A DNA stretch of 64,000 bases, from the NCBI GenBank assembly GCA_964016885.1, contig OZ024740.1, positions 412,362,001 to 412,426,000 on the forward strand, in the 5' to 3' direction. Shown piece after piece: positions 39,576-51,645 of the stretch; position 1 is the first letter of the stretch, and each line of letters opens with the position of its first letter. This DNA comes from Eledone cirrhosa. Its lineage: Eukaryota. The position numbers and the translations under genes are program-made. The notes under the pieces are model-generated. The model saw only the letters and a list, made by a program, of their open reading frames with translations. It did no database searches and had not been told where the DNA came from.

Positions 39576-40234
39576 CTAGTTGTCATTCCATTTTCATTTC
39601 GTACAGCCACCTGTTTTTTTTACCCAGGGATTTATCCATCTGCATGACCTCTTTCCATATTCCACAATACTTCAAACATTCTTCAATATTCTCATATACA
39701 AACACACACACACACACACATATATATACATATTATATGTCTGTGTGTGTGGGTGTAGAGAGAGAGAGAGAGACGGAGAGAGAGAGGAAGAGAGAAGGGG
39801 AATATATATGTACGTAGTTAAATTCTTTCATAGCGGAAGGGTGCTGAACAGGCCTGAAGAACAAAGGGGAAGCACTAACAAGACAGTCTGGCCTGAGGAG
39901 GCCAAGCCAGTCAGGCGTTAAGAGAGAAATCTATACAACTATATTTCATTTATAGAGTCGGTAATCTACCATTCAAAGAGGTAGAATATAATTAAAGCGT
40001 ATAAAAATCAACGAAGTGAGTTAGAGAGTTCAAGTTTAGTATGCCTGATCTAGCACTTAACTAGTATTAACATTTATATGATCGTTATATATATATATAT
40101 AATATATAATTTATTCCGGGTTCAATCATGGGTAACCACAGCACGTACGAATGAAACAGTTCTAGTCCTGTAGAAGCTTTTCTATATAAATATATATATA
40201 TATATAACATTGGTCGTTTTGGAAGCCTCAACAA

Positions 40235-40276
40235 TGCAGATGGGTAATTCTCCGGGTAACAGAATCAGGTGATAAT

Positions 40277-40352
<76 letters not shown>

Positions 40353-40560
40353 TAAGACGAAAAGTAGGATGAGAGGTATAGGTTGTAGAAGACCGTAAGA
40401 GAGAGTGTAAAAATAATAACACGAGATAGTTACCTTGGAAGTGATTTAATTGTCCCTATATTTCGGATTTCGCATCCATCAGCTGGGGATTTTCACACAC
40501 AACAGAAACCACGTGTTGTCCCTCTCCGACTAAAATCTTTCCCTCTCGGAAAACCCCCAG
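40235..40560. repeat. Second relic of the same pLTR family, with (GA)n
   Basis: AGTTACCTTGGAA..GATTTA.TTGTCC.TATATTT.GGATTTC.CATCCATC (40428-40480) matches 38118-38169; TCTCC.GGTAACA matches ~38032. Confidence 0.6.
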
Positions 40561-40640
40561 TTGATCAAATGTTAACCTAATATATCCCTTCCATATACTG
40601 TACCAATTTTGTTGTTATTTCTGTTTACATTTACATACAT

Positions 40641-40690
<50 letters not shown>

Positions 40691-40793
40691 AGAAATGTTA
40701 GCTATCGCCGTATTTTGACTAAATAAATTAAAGAAATTATTTAGCCTGATAGTGGGGTTAAGAACCCTCGGAGAAATGGAAAAAGATGAGCAT

Positions 40794-40865
40794 TGACGTA
40801 TATGGGGGTCGAACCCACATCTTTGGTTGTCCGGACCACTGTGCTACCATTTACACCAACACATC
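40794..40865 (-). tRNA. tRNA-like 72-nt cloverleaf within the 271-bp unit (non-canonical anticodon loop CCGGACA)
   Basis: A-box TGGTGTAAATGG, D-stem GTGT/GCAC, T-arm GTGGG-TTCGACC-CCCAT, acceptor GATGTGT/ATACGTC; T5 about 9 nt downstream. Confidence 0.6.
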
Positions 40866-41064
40866 GCCCGTCTTTTTGCATTCAAATTAGAAGCTATAAA
40901 CTTAGCGATTCTAATGTCAAGTAAGAATATTTTCGAAACAGCGAGTGGATTTGAAATTATTAGAAATGTTAGCTATCGCTGTATTTTGACTAAAGAAATT
41001 AAAGAAATTATTTAGCCTGATAGTGGGGTTAAGAACCCTCGGAGAAATGGAAAAAGATGAGCAT

Positions 41065-41136
41065 TGACGTATATGGGGGTCGAACCCACATCTTTGGTTG
41101 TCCGGACCACTGTGCTACCATTTACACCAACACATC
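41065..41136 (-). tRNA. tRNA-like copy in unit 2
   Basis: Same sequence as 40794-40865, shifted by 271 bp. Confidence 0.6.
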
Positions 41137-41531
41137 GCCCGTCTTTTTGCATTCAAATTAGAAGCTATAAACTTAGCGATTCTAATGTCAAGTAAGAATA
41201 TTTTCGAAACAGCGAGTGGATTTGAAATTATTAGAAATGTTAGCTATCGCTGTATTTTGACTAAAGAAATTAAAGAAATTATTTAGCCTGATAGTGGGGT
41301 TAAGAACCCTCGGAGAAATGGAAAAAGATGAGTATTGACGTACATGGGAGTCGAACCCACTATCTTAAACCCACTATCAGGCTAAATAATTTCTTTAATT
41401 TCTTTAGTCAAAATACGGCGATAGCTAACATTTCTAATAATTTCAAATCCACTCGCTGTTTAGAAAATATTCTTACTTGACATTAGAATCGCTAAGTTTA
41501 TAGCTTCTAATTTGAATGGAAAAAGACGGGT

Positions 41532-41603
41532 GATGTGTTGGTGTAAATGGTAGCACAGCTGTCCGGATAACCAAAGATGTGTGTTCGACTCCCATGTACG
41601 TCA
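41532..41603 (+). tRNA. tRNA-like copy in the inverted arm
   Basis: GATGTGTTGGTGTAAATGGTAGCACAGCTGTCCGGATAACCAAAGATGTGTGTTCGACTCCCATGTACGTCA, then ATACTCACC and a T run. Confidence 0.55.
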
Positions 41604-41766
41604 ATACTCACCTTTTTTTCCATTTCTCCGAGGGTTCTTAACCTCACTATCAGGCTAAATAATTTCTTTAATTTCTTTAGTCAAAATACGGCGATAGCTA
41701 ACATTGCTAATAATTTCAAATCCACTCGCTGTTTCGAAAATATTCTTACATATATATATATATATA

Positions 41767-42661
41767 CGAGGTGTGTCAGAAAAGTTCCAGAACTGATGTC
41801 ACAAAAGATTTATTTCAAACTCAATCTTCACACTAAGAGTTTTCTCCTTCAAATTAATCCCCCTGGAGTCTAATGAACTTTTCCATACTTTTCTGCCACG
41901 CGTGCTTGCACCCCTGGAAGGATTCCTCCGGGATCCTCCGCAGATCCGCCGTCACGGACATTTTGGTGTCGTCCACGTCTTCAAAACGGGTCCCCTCCGG
42001 GTCCTACTCGAAGATCCATGAATCGTCACCGGTGATAACTGTCCCTAGCAAGTCTGGTTCGGTTTAAAGACGCTTGAGGATATCCTGGCACACTTGCATG
42101 CGTCGACCCTTCTGGTCATCGTTCAGGAGCTTTGGCACCATCTTCGCGCAGACTTTCCGCATGTCCAAATCTTCAATGAGAATCTTCCAGAGGCTGTCCC
42201 GATTCATGCCAAGCTCATTTGCCATTCGTCGAACAGCCAGCCGACGATCGCTACGCACCATCTGCCTGACGCGCTCAACGTTGACATCAGTCCTGGTTGT
42301 TGAGGGCCTTCCGCTCCTGGGGTCATCTTCCACGTCCTCGCGTCCTTCTTTAAACCTCTTGCACCACTCAAAAATACGTGAGCATGACATCGTCTCATCT
42401 CCATACACTTGCTGCAGCAATCCCAGTGATTATCACGGAGTTTTCAAGTTTGTTCGTTGCTCTGTGCTCATTACTTGACGACCTAAAACAGAGGACATGT
42501 ATGTAAAATTATGAAGAAAAAAGTTTGATCGCTGCAGAGAGCTAAGATTACAGTTACATATTCCAGGGGGATTACTTTGAAGGAGAAAACTCTTAGTGTG
42601 AAGTTGAGTTTGAAATAAATCTTTTGTGGCATCTGTCCTGGAACTTTTCTGACACACCTCG
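41767..42661 (-). mobile_element. Internally deleted mariner transposon with ~100 bp inverted ends, TA TSD
   Basis: CGAGGTGTGTCAGAAAAGTTCCAG at both ends in inverted orientation; ORF 42064-42420 MLQQVYGDE..WCKRFKEGREDVEDDPRSGRP..KVCAKMVPK is a mariner HTH domain; most of the DD34D core is deleted. Confidence 0.93.
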
Positions 42662-42829
42662 TATATATATACACACGCATAAACTACACCAAATATTAAC
42701 GATCACAGACCTATCAAATGATAAACCTACCCAAGTAAACATCTTGTTGAGTCAAACACCACTGGATGCTGAAACACTTGTTATAACTACTCTAACCCTG
42801 AAATAGGAAAACCCAAAAGGATATATCGT

Positions 42830-42907
<78 letters not shown>

Positions 42908-43649
42908 TAGACACACTATCACACTATACACAAATGATTGTATATATGTGTGTACAAGCGACAGTCTGTGTGAGTACCTGTGCGTTCCTGTGTGTACCTT
43001 TTTGCAGGATGTTTTTCTTCAATGTTTCTCCTTTTTCCTTACGCAGTATGCTTTCAATATGTTCCACCAATTCTGTTCGTTTTTACAATAGTTATATATT
43101 GTAATTATGTTCATTGTTTTTACATATTTTGCGCATAAAATCACTGATTTCTTTTACATTTCAGATCATTCTTAAAATAAAACAAATAAACTTAAGTGCA
43201 GAAGTAAAGTAAATTGAGGGCGATAAGTTTATTGTGTGATATGCTTCAGAGACAATGAAAAATAATTAGTTATGAAAGGAAAAATGTTGAATTTAAATAA
43301 TAGGATATTTTCTGTAATGTCATGTCAATACATATTTTCGTCTAAGTTTAAAATAACTTCTATGAGAGTGTTCTTTTATTATTCGACTAATTTTTTCGAT
43401 AATTAAAATATCATTCAACGCTACGCATTTTCTTTATTTGTTTTCGTATTTTAAATTGGTTCTACAAAGATGGAAGTTTGTATGAATGTTCCAAGCTGTA
43501 AAATACACTCTGCACCGACGTAGCTTAAAGTTTTTAGCGCGTACATCATTTCAAGATGGCCATCGACAAAATGATCTTTTCTTAGAACGTTTAAGAGCAC
43601 CATCCGGAATGGCTGTTTCTTGAAGTGTATCGTATAATATAATGCAAAA

Positions 43650-43752
43650 TGTAAGCTTGCGCCGTATGTTTGACTAAAGAAATCTTAGCCTGATAGTGGA
43701 ATTTAGCATCTTCACAGAAATGCAAACAGATGACTATTGACGTCAATACTCA
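43650..43752 (+). repeat. Old diverged fragment of the 271-bp family
   Basis: GCCGTATGTTTGACTAAAGAAATCTTAGCCTGATAGTGG...AGATGACTATTGACGT. Confidence 0.7.
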
Positions 43753-45094
43753 TAACATATCGTAAACAAATATATTTTTTTCCTTTTTACTACAATACAA
43801 ATGGCATGTATTACAGAGGAACTTGATAGGACAGTATGTATGTATCTATCGTTTTAATTCTACGCCGACCTTCTCTACATCACCTCCGCCTACTAGATAG
43901 AATGGTTCGGAAGACAATAACAGGGAATTTACTGTTAGGGAGCGAAGAATTGTCATAATTTGCCTGGCAGAAATTAACCGAGAAGTATATTAAATATCCT
44001 ACTCTATTAGTAATATATACTTCCTAATATATAATCTAATACTTTCCTTTATGACATACTTATGTCGGTCTCAATGGCATGCTCGCTTCTTACTCAGCAT
44101 TTCGGGAGATTTACAGGCAGCGGAAAGAACACTGGCAAGATATAGCCGGGGATTCACATAATAGAGGGGAGAGAGTGGATTGAACTTATTGAAAAGATTC
44201 AAATATCAGTGTCAAATACTGTCGCATGATACGACACAATGCTGCAATCTGATGACGCATGTATTGTACGTATAGGAGGGTAAGAACATCAGAGCTGCTT
44301 CTTAAAAGAATACAACTTTTAAGTAGCAGGTGATAATGATGGAAGTGTGGTGGTGCTGCAAAATAGGACATTATCGCTGTGTTGATGCGGCACTCATTTA
44401 GCAAATGTTGAATGTGTCGTGTGGTGGACGATGATAACTTGCCTGTAATTAATATAATTTTCAATTGTGTCTCTACATATTTACATTTGACCGCAAGCAT
44501 AGGGTGACGTGATATAAATATTGAAGGGTTCAGTTAAATTCTTATATTTTCATCTATTTGGACTCGGGCTTTTGTTACAGAGATACTGTTATTACTCCAA
44601 TATTTGAACTGCGGGAACCCACCAGAGAGAAAGAGAAACAAAGGTTTAATTCCTTCTTATTCGAAAGAGTGACAGTGCTATGCTTCAGAAATATTTAAGC
44701 TTAATCCTATATAATTCATGTCGTATCCACCTTCGTTTGCTATAGTTTGTTCTATTTCCAAATGTTTGGTGCGCATAATTTAATTGATACTCTAAAACAT
44801 GATTTGGTTTTTATTCTGAAGATTGTTAGTTGTGTTGCAATGTTTAAACAGTTCTACATAACTGTCAAATTCTTTTGAAAAGCGTATGGCAATTCTTTTA
44901 TGGAAAAATGGTACTGGTTATATGAAAGACGATGTAACAGTTCCTGTCGACTGAAGGACCTGTCAGAAGCGAACGAGTGAACCATCACCTTTTAAATTAG
45001 AAAGCAACTCATATGTATATATATATATACAAACATATTAATCCCTCTACTTTATTTTTCTATCCCATGTCTCTCTCATTCTCTATCTGTGTGT

Positions 45095-45135
<41 letters not shown>

Positions 45136-45139
<4 letters not shown>

Positions 45140-45326
45140 AACAAGTAAGACCCCGATGGCTGAGCTCAAGCCGTTTCGACGGCTAATTCTGTACTGAATT
45201 AGCCGTCGAAACGGCTTGAGCTCAGCCGTTGGGGTCTTACTTGTTCCTATTACCCACTCTACTACCCTAAGTATTGAGTACTTTGGTGCGTTATGGTCCA
45301 CCTGGTTCCTTACCAGATTTCCTTCG

Positions 45327-45330
<4 letters not shown>
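45136..45330. mobile_element. Second copy of the 34735 hairpin element
   Basis: About 55 bp arms around CTGTACT plus the same unique tail; flanked by (TA)n. Confidence 0.8.
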
Positions 45331-45359
<29 letters not shown>

Positions 45360-45367
<8 letters not shown>

Positions 45368-45624
45368 AATATAAGCTGTCGCCGTATTTTGACTAAAGAA
45401 ATTAAAGAAAATTATTTAACCTGATAGTGGGGTTAAGAACCCTCGGAGAAATGGAAAAAGATGAGTATTGACGTACATGTACGCATCTTTTTACATTTCT
45501 CCGAGGGTTATTAACCCCACTATCAGGCTAAATAATTTTCTTTAATTTCTTTAGTCAAAATACGGTGATAGCTTACATTTATAATTTCAAACTCACTCGC
45601 TGTTTCGAAAATATTCTTACTTGA
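45360..45624. repeat. Palindromic copy of the 271-bp family (tRNA part lost)
   Basis: About 105 bp arms around GTACATGTAC; ends at GCTGTTTCGAAAATATTCTTAC like the 41749 terminus. Confidence 0.85.
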
Positions 45625-45812
45625 TATATATATATATATATTATTTTATTTACTTATATGTAGATAGATGGAGAGAGAAAGAGAGAGAAAGTAAGATGGG
45701 GTGGATACATAAAGATAATATGTATGCATATTTGTGTTTGTCGGAAAATTTGAATATGTGTCCAGGATAATATGCTGCAAAGAAATCTGTGGTTATATAA
45801 ATGTATTATTTA

Positions 45813-45943
45813 TTACGTCCCTTTACGATCTGAGTTCAAATCCTGCCGAGGTTGACTTTGCCTTTCATCCTTACGGGGTCGATAAAATAAAGTACCAGTA
45901 ATGCACTGGGTATTTGCTGGCCTTGTGCCTAAAGTAGAAACAA
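45813..45943 (+). mobile_element. 5'-truncated SINE, copy 5
   Basis: B-box GAGTTCAAATCC, core and tail; TSD ATTATTTA. Confidence 0.88.
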
Positions 45944-46399
45944 TTATTTATCTGATGAATATGTAGATCCTAGTGAGAGAGATTACAATTTTATCTGTGT
46001 ATGGGTCTATGAAAAAAGTAATATATATTTTGGATATGTGTTAGAGTGAGGCTAAAATTCTATTTTTCTCACAAAATCTTATATACATTATATACAAGTC
46101 AATATATAATATCTCTTCACTGGATGATTTGACTTTTCCACTTCAAATAAAGTATATCTATATGGCATAAGATTTTGGCTGCTTCATCTTCACACATAAG
46201 ATGATACAATTATACACACATAATCACATTATCACCTGCTCATTTGATTAAGGCACAGGGATATAGATATCGGTTTATTATTAATGGTGACGTAAATGAA
46301 TACTTAATACAATAGGTTATAACCCTGTGAATACACAGGAGAAATTCCAATTTACTAGGACTCAAACATGCATTGAATAAAGAATATATATATTAATAT

Positions 46400-46688
46400 A
46401 CAATATATTAATAAATGGAAACTATATTCATAAACCCATATTTATTTTATTATATATATTTCAAGGGCAACCAAGATAAATTGTGATGCGCTTTCATCAT
46501 ATAAAATACAGATTTGTTTCATAAGTAAATATTGACATACCCGGAAAAAAGACAACCTTAACGGTTGGAGCTTCCATTTATTAATATATTGTGTATTTAC
46601 TCCACTAAACTGTTGAGTGCTTTATATCAGTTATAAAAATGTTTAAGCTTGTTGAATCCCAACAAATTAAATATAACCTCTGCATATA

Positions 46689-46690
<2 letters not shown>
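46400..46690 (-). mobile_element. Older copy of the hammerhead-bearing family seen at 62445-62830
   Basis: 46441-46510 on minus reads TGTATTTTAT-aTGATGA-...-GAAA-TATATATA-ATAAAATA (core C mutated); flanks align with 62445-62830. Confidence 0.75.
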
Positions 46691-46735
<45 letters not shown>

Positions 46736-47148
46736 AGTGTGTGTGTGTGTGTGTCCGTATTAGTGCTTGTACAATATTATTGGACAGAAATCAGATCAGG
46801 CAGGATAATGATGAATATGGATAAGTAAACACAATTAATAAAAAATGAATGAGAGTATTTAAAGTTGAGAAGGAGAGCCTTATTTTAAGCAAATCAATGT
46901 TTGTGTTATTCTTGCTACCTAAGCCAATGCTTCGGTATACATTAACAAGTTGCAATGACTGGAAAATATTTTCAAGACGGGTTATAAACAATCTTATTAG
47001 ATGTATAGCTTTCGTACCTTAACTAATTGGTAGAGAAGCACACGCAGAAACATGATTACAAATACACAGAGACAGAGAAGAAGAAGACAGAAAGCGAAGC
47101 TTATATCTTCACATTTAGGGACAAGGCTTTAAACGAATCCTAAATAAT

Positions 47149-47328
47149 TGTTTCTACTTTTGGCACAACGCCAGCAATCACCCAGTGCATTACTGGTACT
47201 TTATTTTATCGACCCCGCAAGGATGAAAGGCAAAGTTAACCTCGGCTGAATTTGAAATCAGAATGGCAAGGGCCGTAACTCTATGAGTCAAAACATGGCA
47301 TCCGACCCTCTAGCGATACTGCCAATCC
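47149..47328 (-). mobile_element. tRNA-derived SINE, copy 6
   Basis: 13-bp TSD AATCCTAAATAAT at 47136-47148 and 47329-47341. Confidence 0.9.
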
Positions 47329-47890
47329 AATCCTAAATAATACACTCGGACAAATGAACTTTATATATATGTAGGTCTGTGATGGTAATGCAAGGGCGAT
47401 CGTATTTGTGAATTTGTGCGTGCAGGGAACATGAGATAAATAAATAAACAGAAGAGATAATGAATGATATTGAGAAGCAGATGAAGACTAATATGTTTGT
47501 CAAGAATTATTCTACCGCACTATCCTACCCAAACAGACTTTTCTAGATTAATATGGCTCTTTTCTATCCTTAAGCCTTTCTTGTTTGTCGTGTATATCTC
47601 TCTATCAGCTACACTGTACTTATAATTTATTATTGATAAAGAATCGAATTTTAAAGTCTTTTATCATCCCTTCCACAATGACAAGTTTCACGTCTTTATC
47701 GGTCAGAAATTTCAATTCACAAACTAGATACCACTAAGAGGCAAAGAGTAACATGCCACAAATCAAGCTTTACATTCTAACAGAACATACATCTGAATTA
47801 CATGAAATAAAAGTAAGTACTGAAGGATCATTCAACTGTTATGCTTAATAAAATGATGGATTATTTTTATTCATAAATAAACAACAACTT

Positions 47891-47986
<96 letters not shown>

Positions 47987-48229
47987 TGTGTGTGTGTGTC
48001 TGTGTGTGTGTGTGTATCCCGAGTTCAATCGGGAGTAAGTAACATACTCGATACTTATCAGAGTATAACATGTTTAATATGAAAATGACTTCTACAGGAC
48101 TAGAACTGTTTCATTCAAATAAAACAGTTCTAGTGATCTAGAAGCCAGTTCTATATCAAACATTATATATATATATATATATATATATACATTCACACAA
48201 ATATACACAGGGGCATACATGTGATTTGG

Positions 48230-48862
48230 ACATGCGTATGATCACCGCGAAGATGATGCTGAAAATGCTGCATGATGTCCAGAAGGAGCAACACATGCAG
48301 GTATGTCCTGATATCCTCGAATATCTTGAAACTGAACCAGACTTGATGGGAGGATCATCACCGGAGCTGATGGACTTTTGAGTACGACCAGGAGAGCCTT
48401 CACTGTAGTCGAAGGAAGACAGCCAAAATCAAAATCATGTTGGTCATGATCTTCGATATGAAGGGCATCGTCCACATAGAATTTTGCCACAACACCTAAC
48501 GATCAGCCAGCATCTCTACAAAGAAATGTGGTTGAATAACTTCTGGTTGATTCACCACGACAACGAGCAGGATCGCAACGCTATAGCATTTGGGAGTTCC
48601 TGACCGAACAAAACATCTCCGTGCTCGAGCAACCTCCCTACTCACCTGACCTGGGTGAGTGTGATATTTTCCTTTGTGCCAAGCTCAAAAAGGTCATCAA
48701 GGTGACCCATTTTCCTGACGTTGAAGACATCAAGAAGGTTGTGACTTCGGAGCTGCGGGGGAAACATGGAGAATCCTTTCATTAGCAGATGGTGGCCAGG
48801 CAGAGAAGGTTTGGAAACTGCGTTAGACTTGAGAGGAATTATTTCGACGGGAAAAATATGTT
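48230..48862 (+). mobile_element. Decayed mariner transposase catalytic region
   Basis: Pieces IITGA.WTFEYD, KIKIMLVMIFDMKGIVH, WLIHHDN, VLEQPPYSPDL..CD.FL.PKLK and NYFDG. Confidence 0.85.
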
Positions 48863-48863
48863 T

Positions 48864-48911
<48 letters not shown>

Positions 48912-49436
48912 TAGCGAAAATCGCATTTCGGCTATTGGAAATTAGCGAAAAATAACTTCCTAAATGTGTGGCAAGCGCTCAATAGGAACGAGTGAACTAT
49001 AGCAATAAACATACCTTAAAAGGCCAAACACACTGAGACGATGGTTAAACCATTAACCGCAAACTCATAGAAGCGAGCAAGCTATTCGGGTCAAATAAAT
49101 AATAAAATAAGATTGAAAAATATACCCGAACCCGCTGGAAACGGTGGTAAAATCCAATATGGGGTTTCTGCAACTCCTAAATCAGGAACTGTTTGCTTAA
49201 ACAAATAATGTTAAGCTTTTGGTATGATGATCGAACAAGGAAGTCACTTTTTCAACAGGCATTTAGTTCTATGCAAAGCTAAGGAACTGAACGTTATTAT
49301 GAACCCAGTCAGAAGAGAGAGAACCCCTAGTTTGGCGGATGAATTCAGTATGTGTGGTTATTGCAAAATTATAAAATATCACAAAACGAATTAAGCTCTC
49401 GACAGAATAGTATTTAAAGAAACATGACTGTGTTCT

Positions 49437-49482
<46 letters not shown>

Positions 49483-49483
49483 C

Positions 49484-49935
49484 ATTAGAATTAGCGCTCT
49501 GAAATAGTTATATATATATGAATGTATATATAGTGTATTTTGCAATACACTGTATGCTTAATTAAAAGCATTTCGAAGACCTGATACTATTGTTTTAGAG
49601 TAGTGACAGTCCCACTTACTTTAAATTTATAAAGTAAGTGAGACTGTCACTACTCTAAAACAATAGCATTAGGTCTTCGAAATGCTTTTAATTAAGCATA
49701 CAATGTATTGCAAAATACACTATATATACATTCATATATATATAGCTATTTCAGAGCGCTAATTCTAATTTTCAATTTCTGCTTGACCGGCAACCGCTCT
49801 GTATAATCAGTTCCTGATTATTACTAGAAATTCTATATGAATCAAACATTCATGATTTTCAGCGGACAGGTGGGGTATAATTAAGCATACAGAGTATTGC
49901 AAAATACACTATATATACATTCATATATATATATT
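49484..49935. repeat. Near-perfect palindrome (~140 bp arms, 49484-49769) plus a third partial copy (49878-49933), in (TA)n
   Basis: ATTAGAATTAGCGCTCTGAAATAG...CACTTACTTTA AATT TATAAAGTAAGTG...CTATTTCAGAGCGCTAATTCTAAT. Confidence 0.9.
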
Positions 49936-49976
49936 TCGTTTCTGAATTTATTGGCAACATGACCCTCCCAAAGTAT

Positions 49977-50117
<141 letters not shown>

Positions 50118-50955
50118 AGAACACAGTCCTGTTTATTTCCTGGCTCACCTGGTAGTGTGGTGTTGGTAAGATGTTAGAACACTAGTTGTATATAAGTGTT
50201 GTATTCAATGACACAGCATTCCTACTCTTTCTCTGATAGGAGTTATAATGATATTTCTAACATAGTTCTTAGTGTGTTGAGCTGGGACCTAGAATGATTA
50301 ACAGACGGGGAAATGTATTTCTGTAAACTCTTTGATATAGAGTTCTTAAGTCTAATTACCTTTTCATTAAGTTCATCGTTGGTGTGGGGTTGGTATGGGT
50401 TGTCTGGATGGAATATATGGTAAGAATCAAAGTTAACGTCGATAGCGGTAGTAGAAGTGGTATTGGTGGCTGCGTCAGTGGTGTTTGTGACGGTCACGTT
50501 TGTTGTGTCAGTGGTGACAGACATAGTAATCGCAGGGTGTATGTGAGAGTTGTTATCCACTTCAATTAATAAACTGTTCTACAGAAGTTGACATCTATGT
50601 CAAATTACAATTTTTCGGTATATCATTGACTTGGGATGGGCCAGGGCCTAACAGTTCCAATACTTTAGTTGTGAGTGAGTCAGATTATTCGGGTACACGC
50701 CGTTTGTTTGTGCGTTCGTTAGTCGAGTCAGTAGTTCCATCGTAATGTTGTAATATCCGTTAGAACCCTGGTTCCTAGAGTTGGATGTGTTATTGTTGGT
50801 TCCGTAGTAATCATAGTGGTGGCAATGTTTATTTTAGAATCCAATGGATTGTGTTTGTGAGGTACTTCGTTTCATGAGCAAATAATAATATGAGGGCCCC
50901 TGCCTTCTGTCTTCATATTCATTCATATGTGCGTGTATGTTTGTATGGGGATTCA

Positions 50956-51034
<79 letters not shown>

Positions 51035-51038
<4 letters not shown>

Positions 51039-51566
51039 TAAAATAACAGATTAAAGTTTAAGCAAAGAATCGCTGCTTCACCCTTAACGGGATCTTCTGA
51101 AACTAACAAAGTCAATCTGTGAACGTAAAAGTGAGTATTTCAAAAAACGTTGCAACCGGAGTAAGATAGGAAGACGATACTTTGGTTTTGGAAACGTTCC
51201 CTGGCAAAGAACGGGAAAAAACGAATATAATACGTCATTATTTGGAGCGGTGAAAAACAATTACACGCAAAGACAGAACCACGTTTATGGTAAAAAGAAG
51301 TCGTAGACTAATGTTCTCTTAGGTGGTTCATAGAGACGTTCTCTGGCAATGAACGAAAAAAACGAAGATAGTACGTCATATGTGCAAGGTGGAGAACAAT
51401 TGCACGCAAAGTCAAAACCACGTAAATGGTATAACTGAAGTCGTAGACTAAAATTCTAACTAGGAAACCGAATGATTCTCGACTTCAGAGTAAATATTTG
51501 CTCTACGGTTCTTATATATTTGATATATATTTATCCTTATCAAGCCCTCTTCAAATTTATTATTAT

Positions 51567-51570
<4 letters not shown>
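51035..51570 (-). repeat. TA-embedded element with a ~142 bp tandem duplication (51195-51317 / 51337-51457) and a hammerhead-like relic near 51065-51105
   Basis: ACGTTC.CTGGCAA.GAACG...GAAGTCGTAGACTAA occurs twice; minus strand CAGAAGA-TCCCGTTAAGGGT-GAAG resembles a decayed CTGAAGA..GAAA. Confidence 0.5.
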
Positions 51571-51635
<65 letters not shown>

Positions 51636-51645
51636 TATATTTATT

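Larger units (their letters stand above)
40685..41749. repeat. 271-bp unit: ~2.5 tandem copies followed by ~1.4 inverted copies, embedded in (TA)n
   Basis: Units start at 40685, 40956 and 41227 (identical ORFs 40827/41098 confirm the period); the inversion switch is at ~41361-41364. Confidence 0.92.

Noticed and set aside
39860-39920. Hammerhead-like CTGAAGA / CTGAGGA-GGCCAAGCC motifs
   Set aside because: No GAAA box follows the stem.
40794-40865. Genuine tRNA-Ser(GGA) gene
   Set aside because: C at position 33, imperfect anticodon stem, no long variable arm, and it sits inside a dispersed repeat.
40685-41360. Tandem 271-bp units as a CRISPR array or duplicated 62-aa genes
   Set aside because: Units are identical with no unique spacers, no cas genes, eukaryotic context; the ORFs are incidental.
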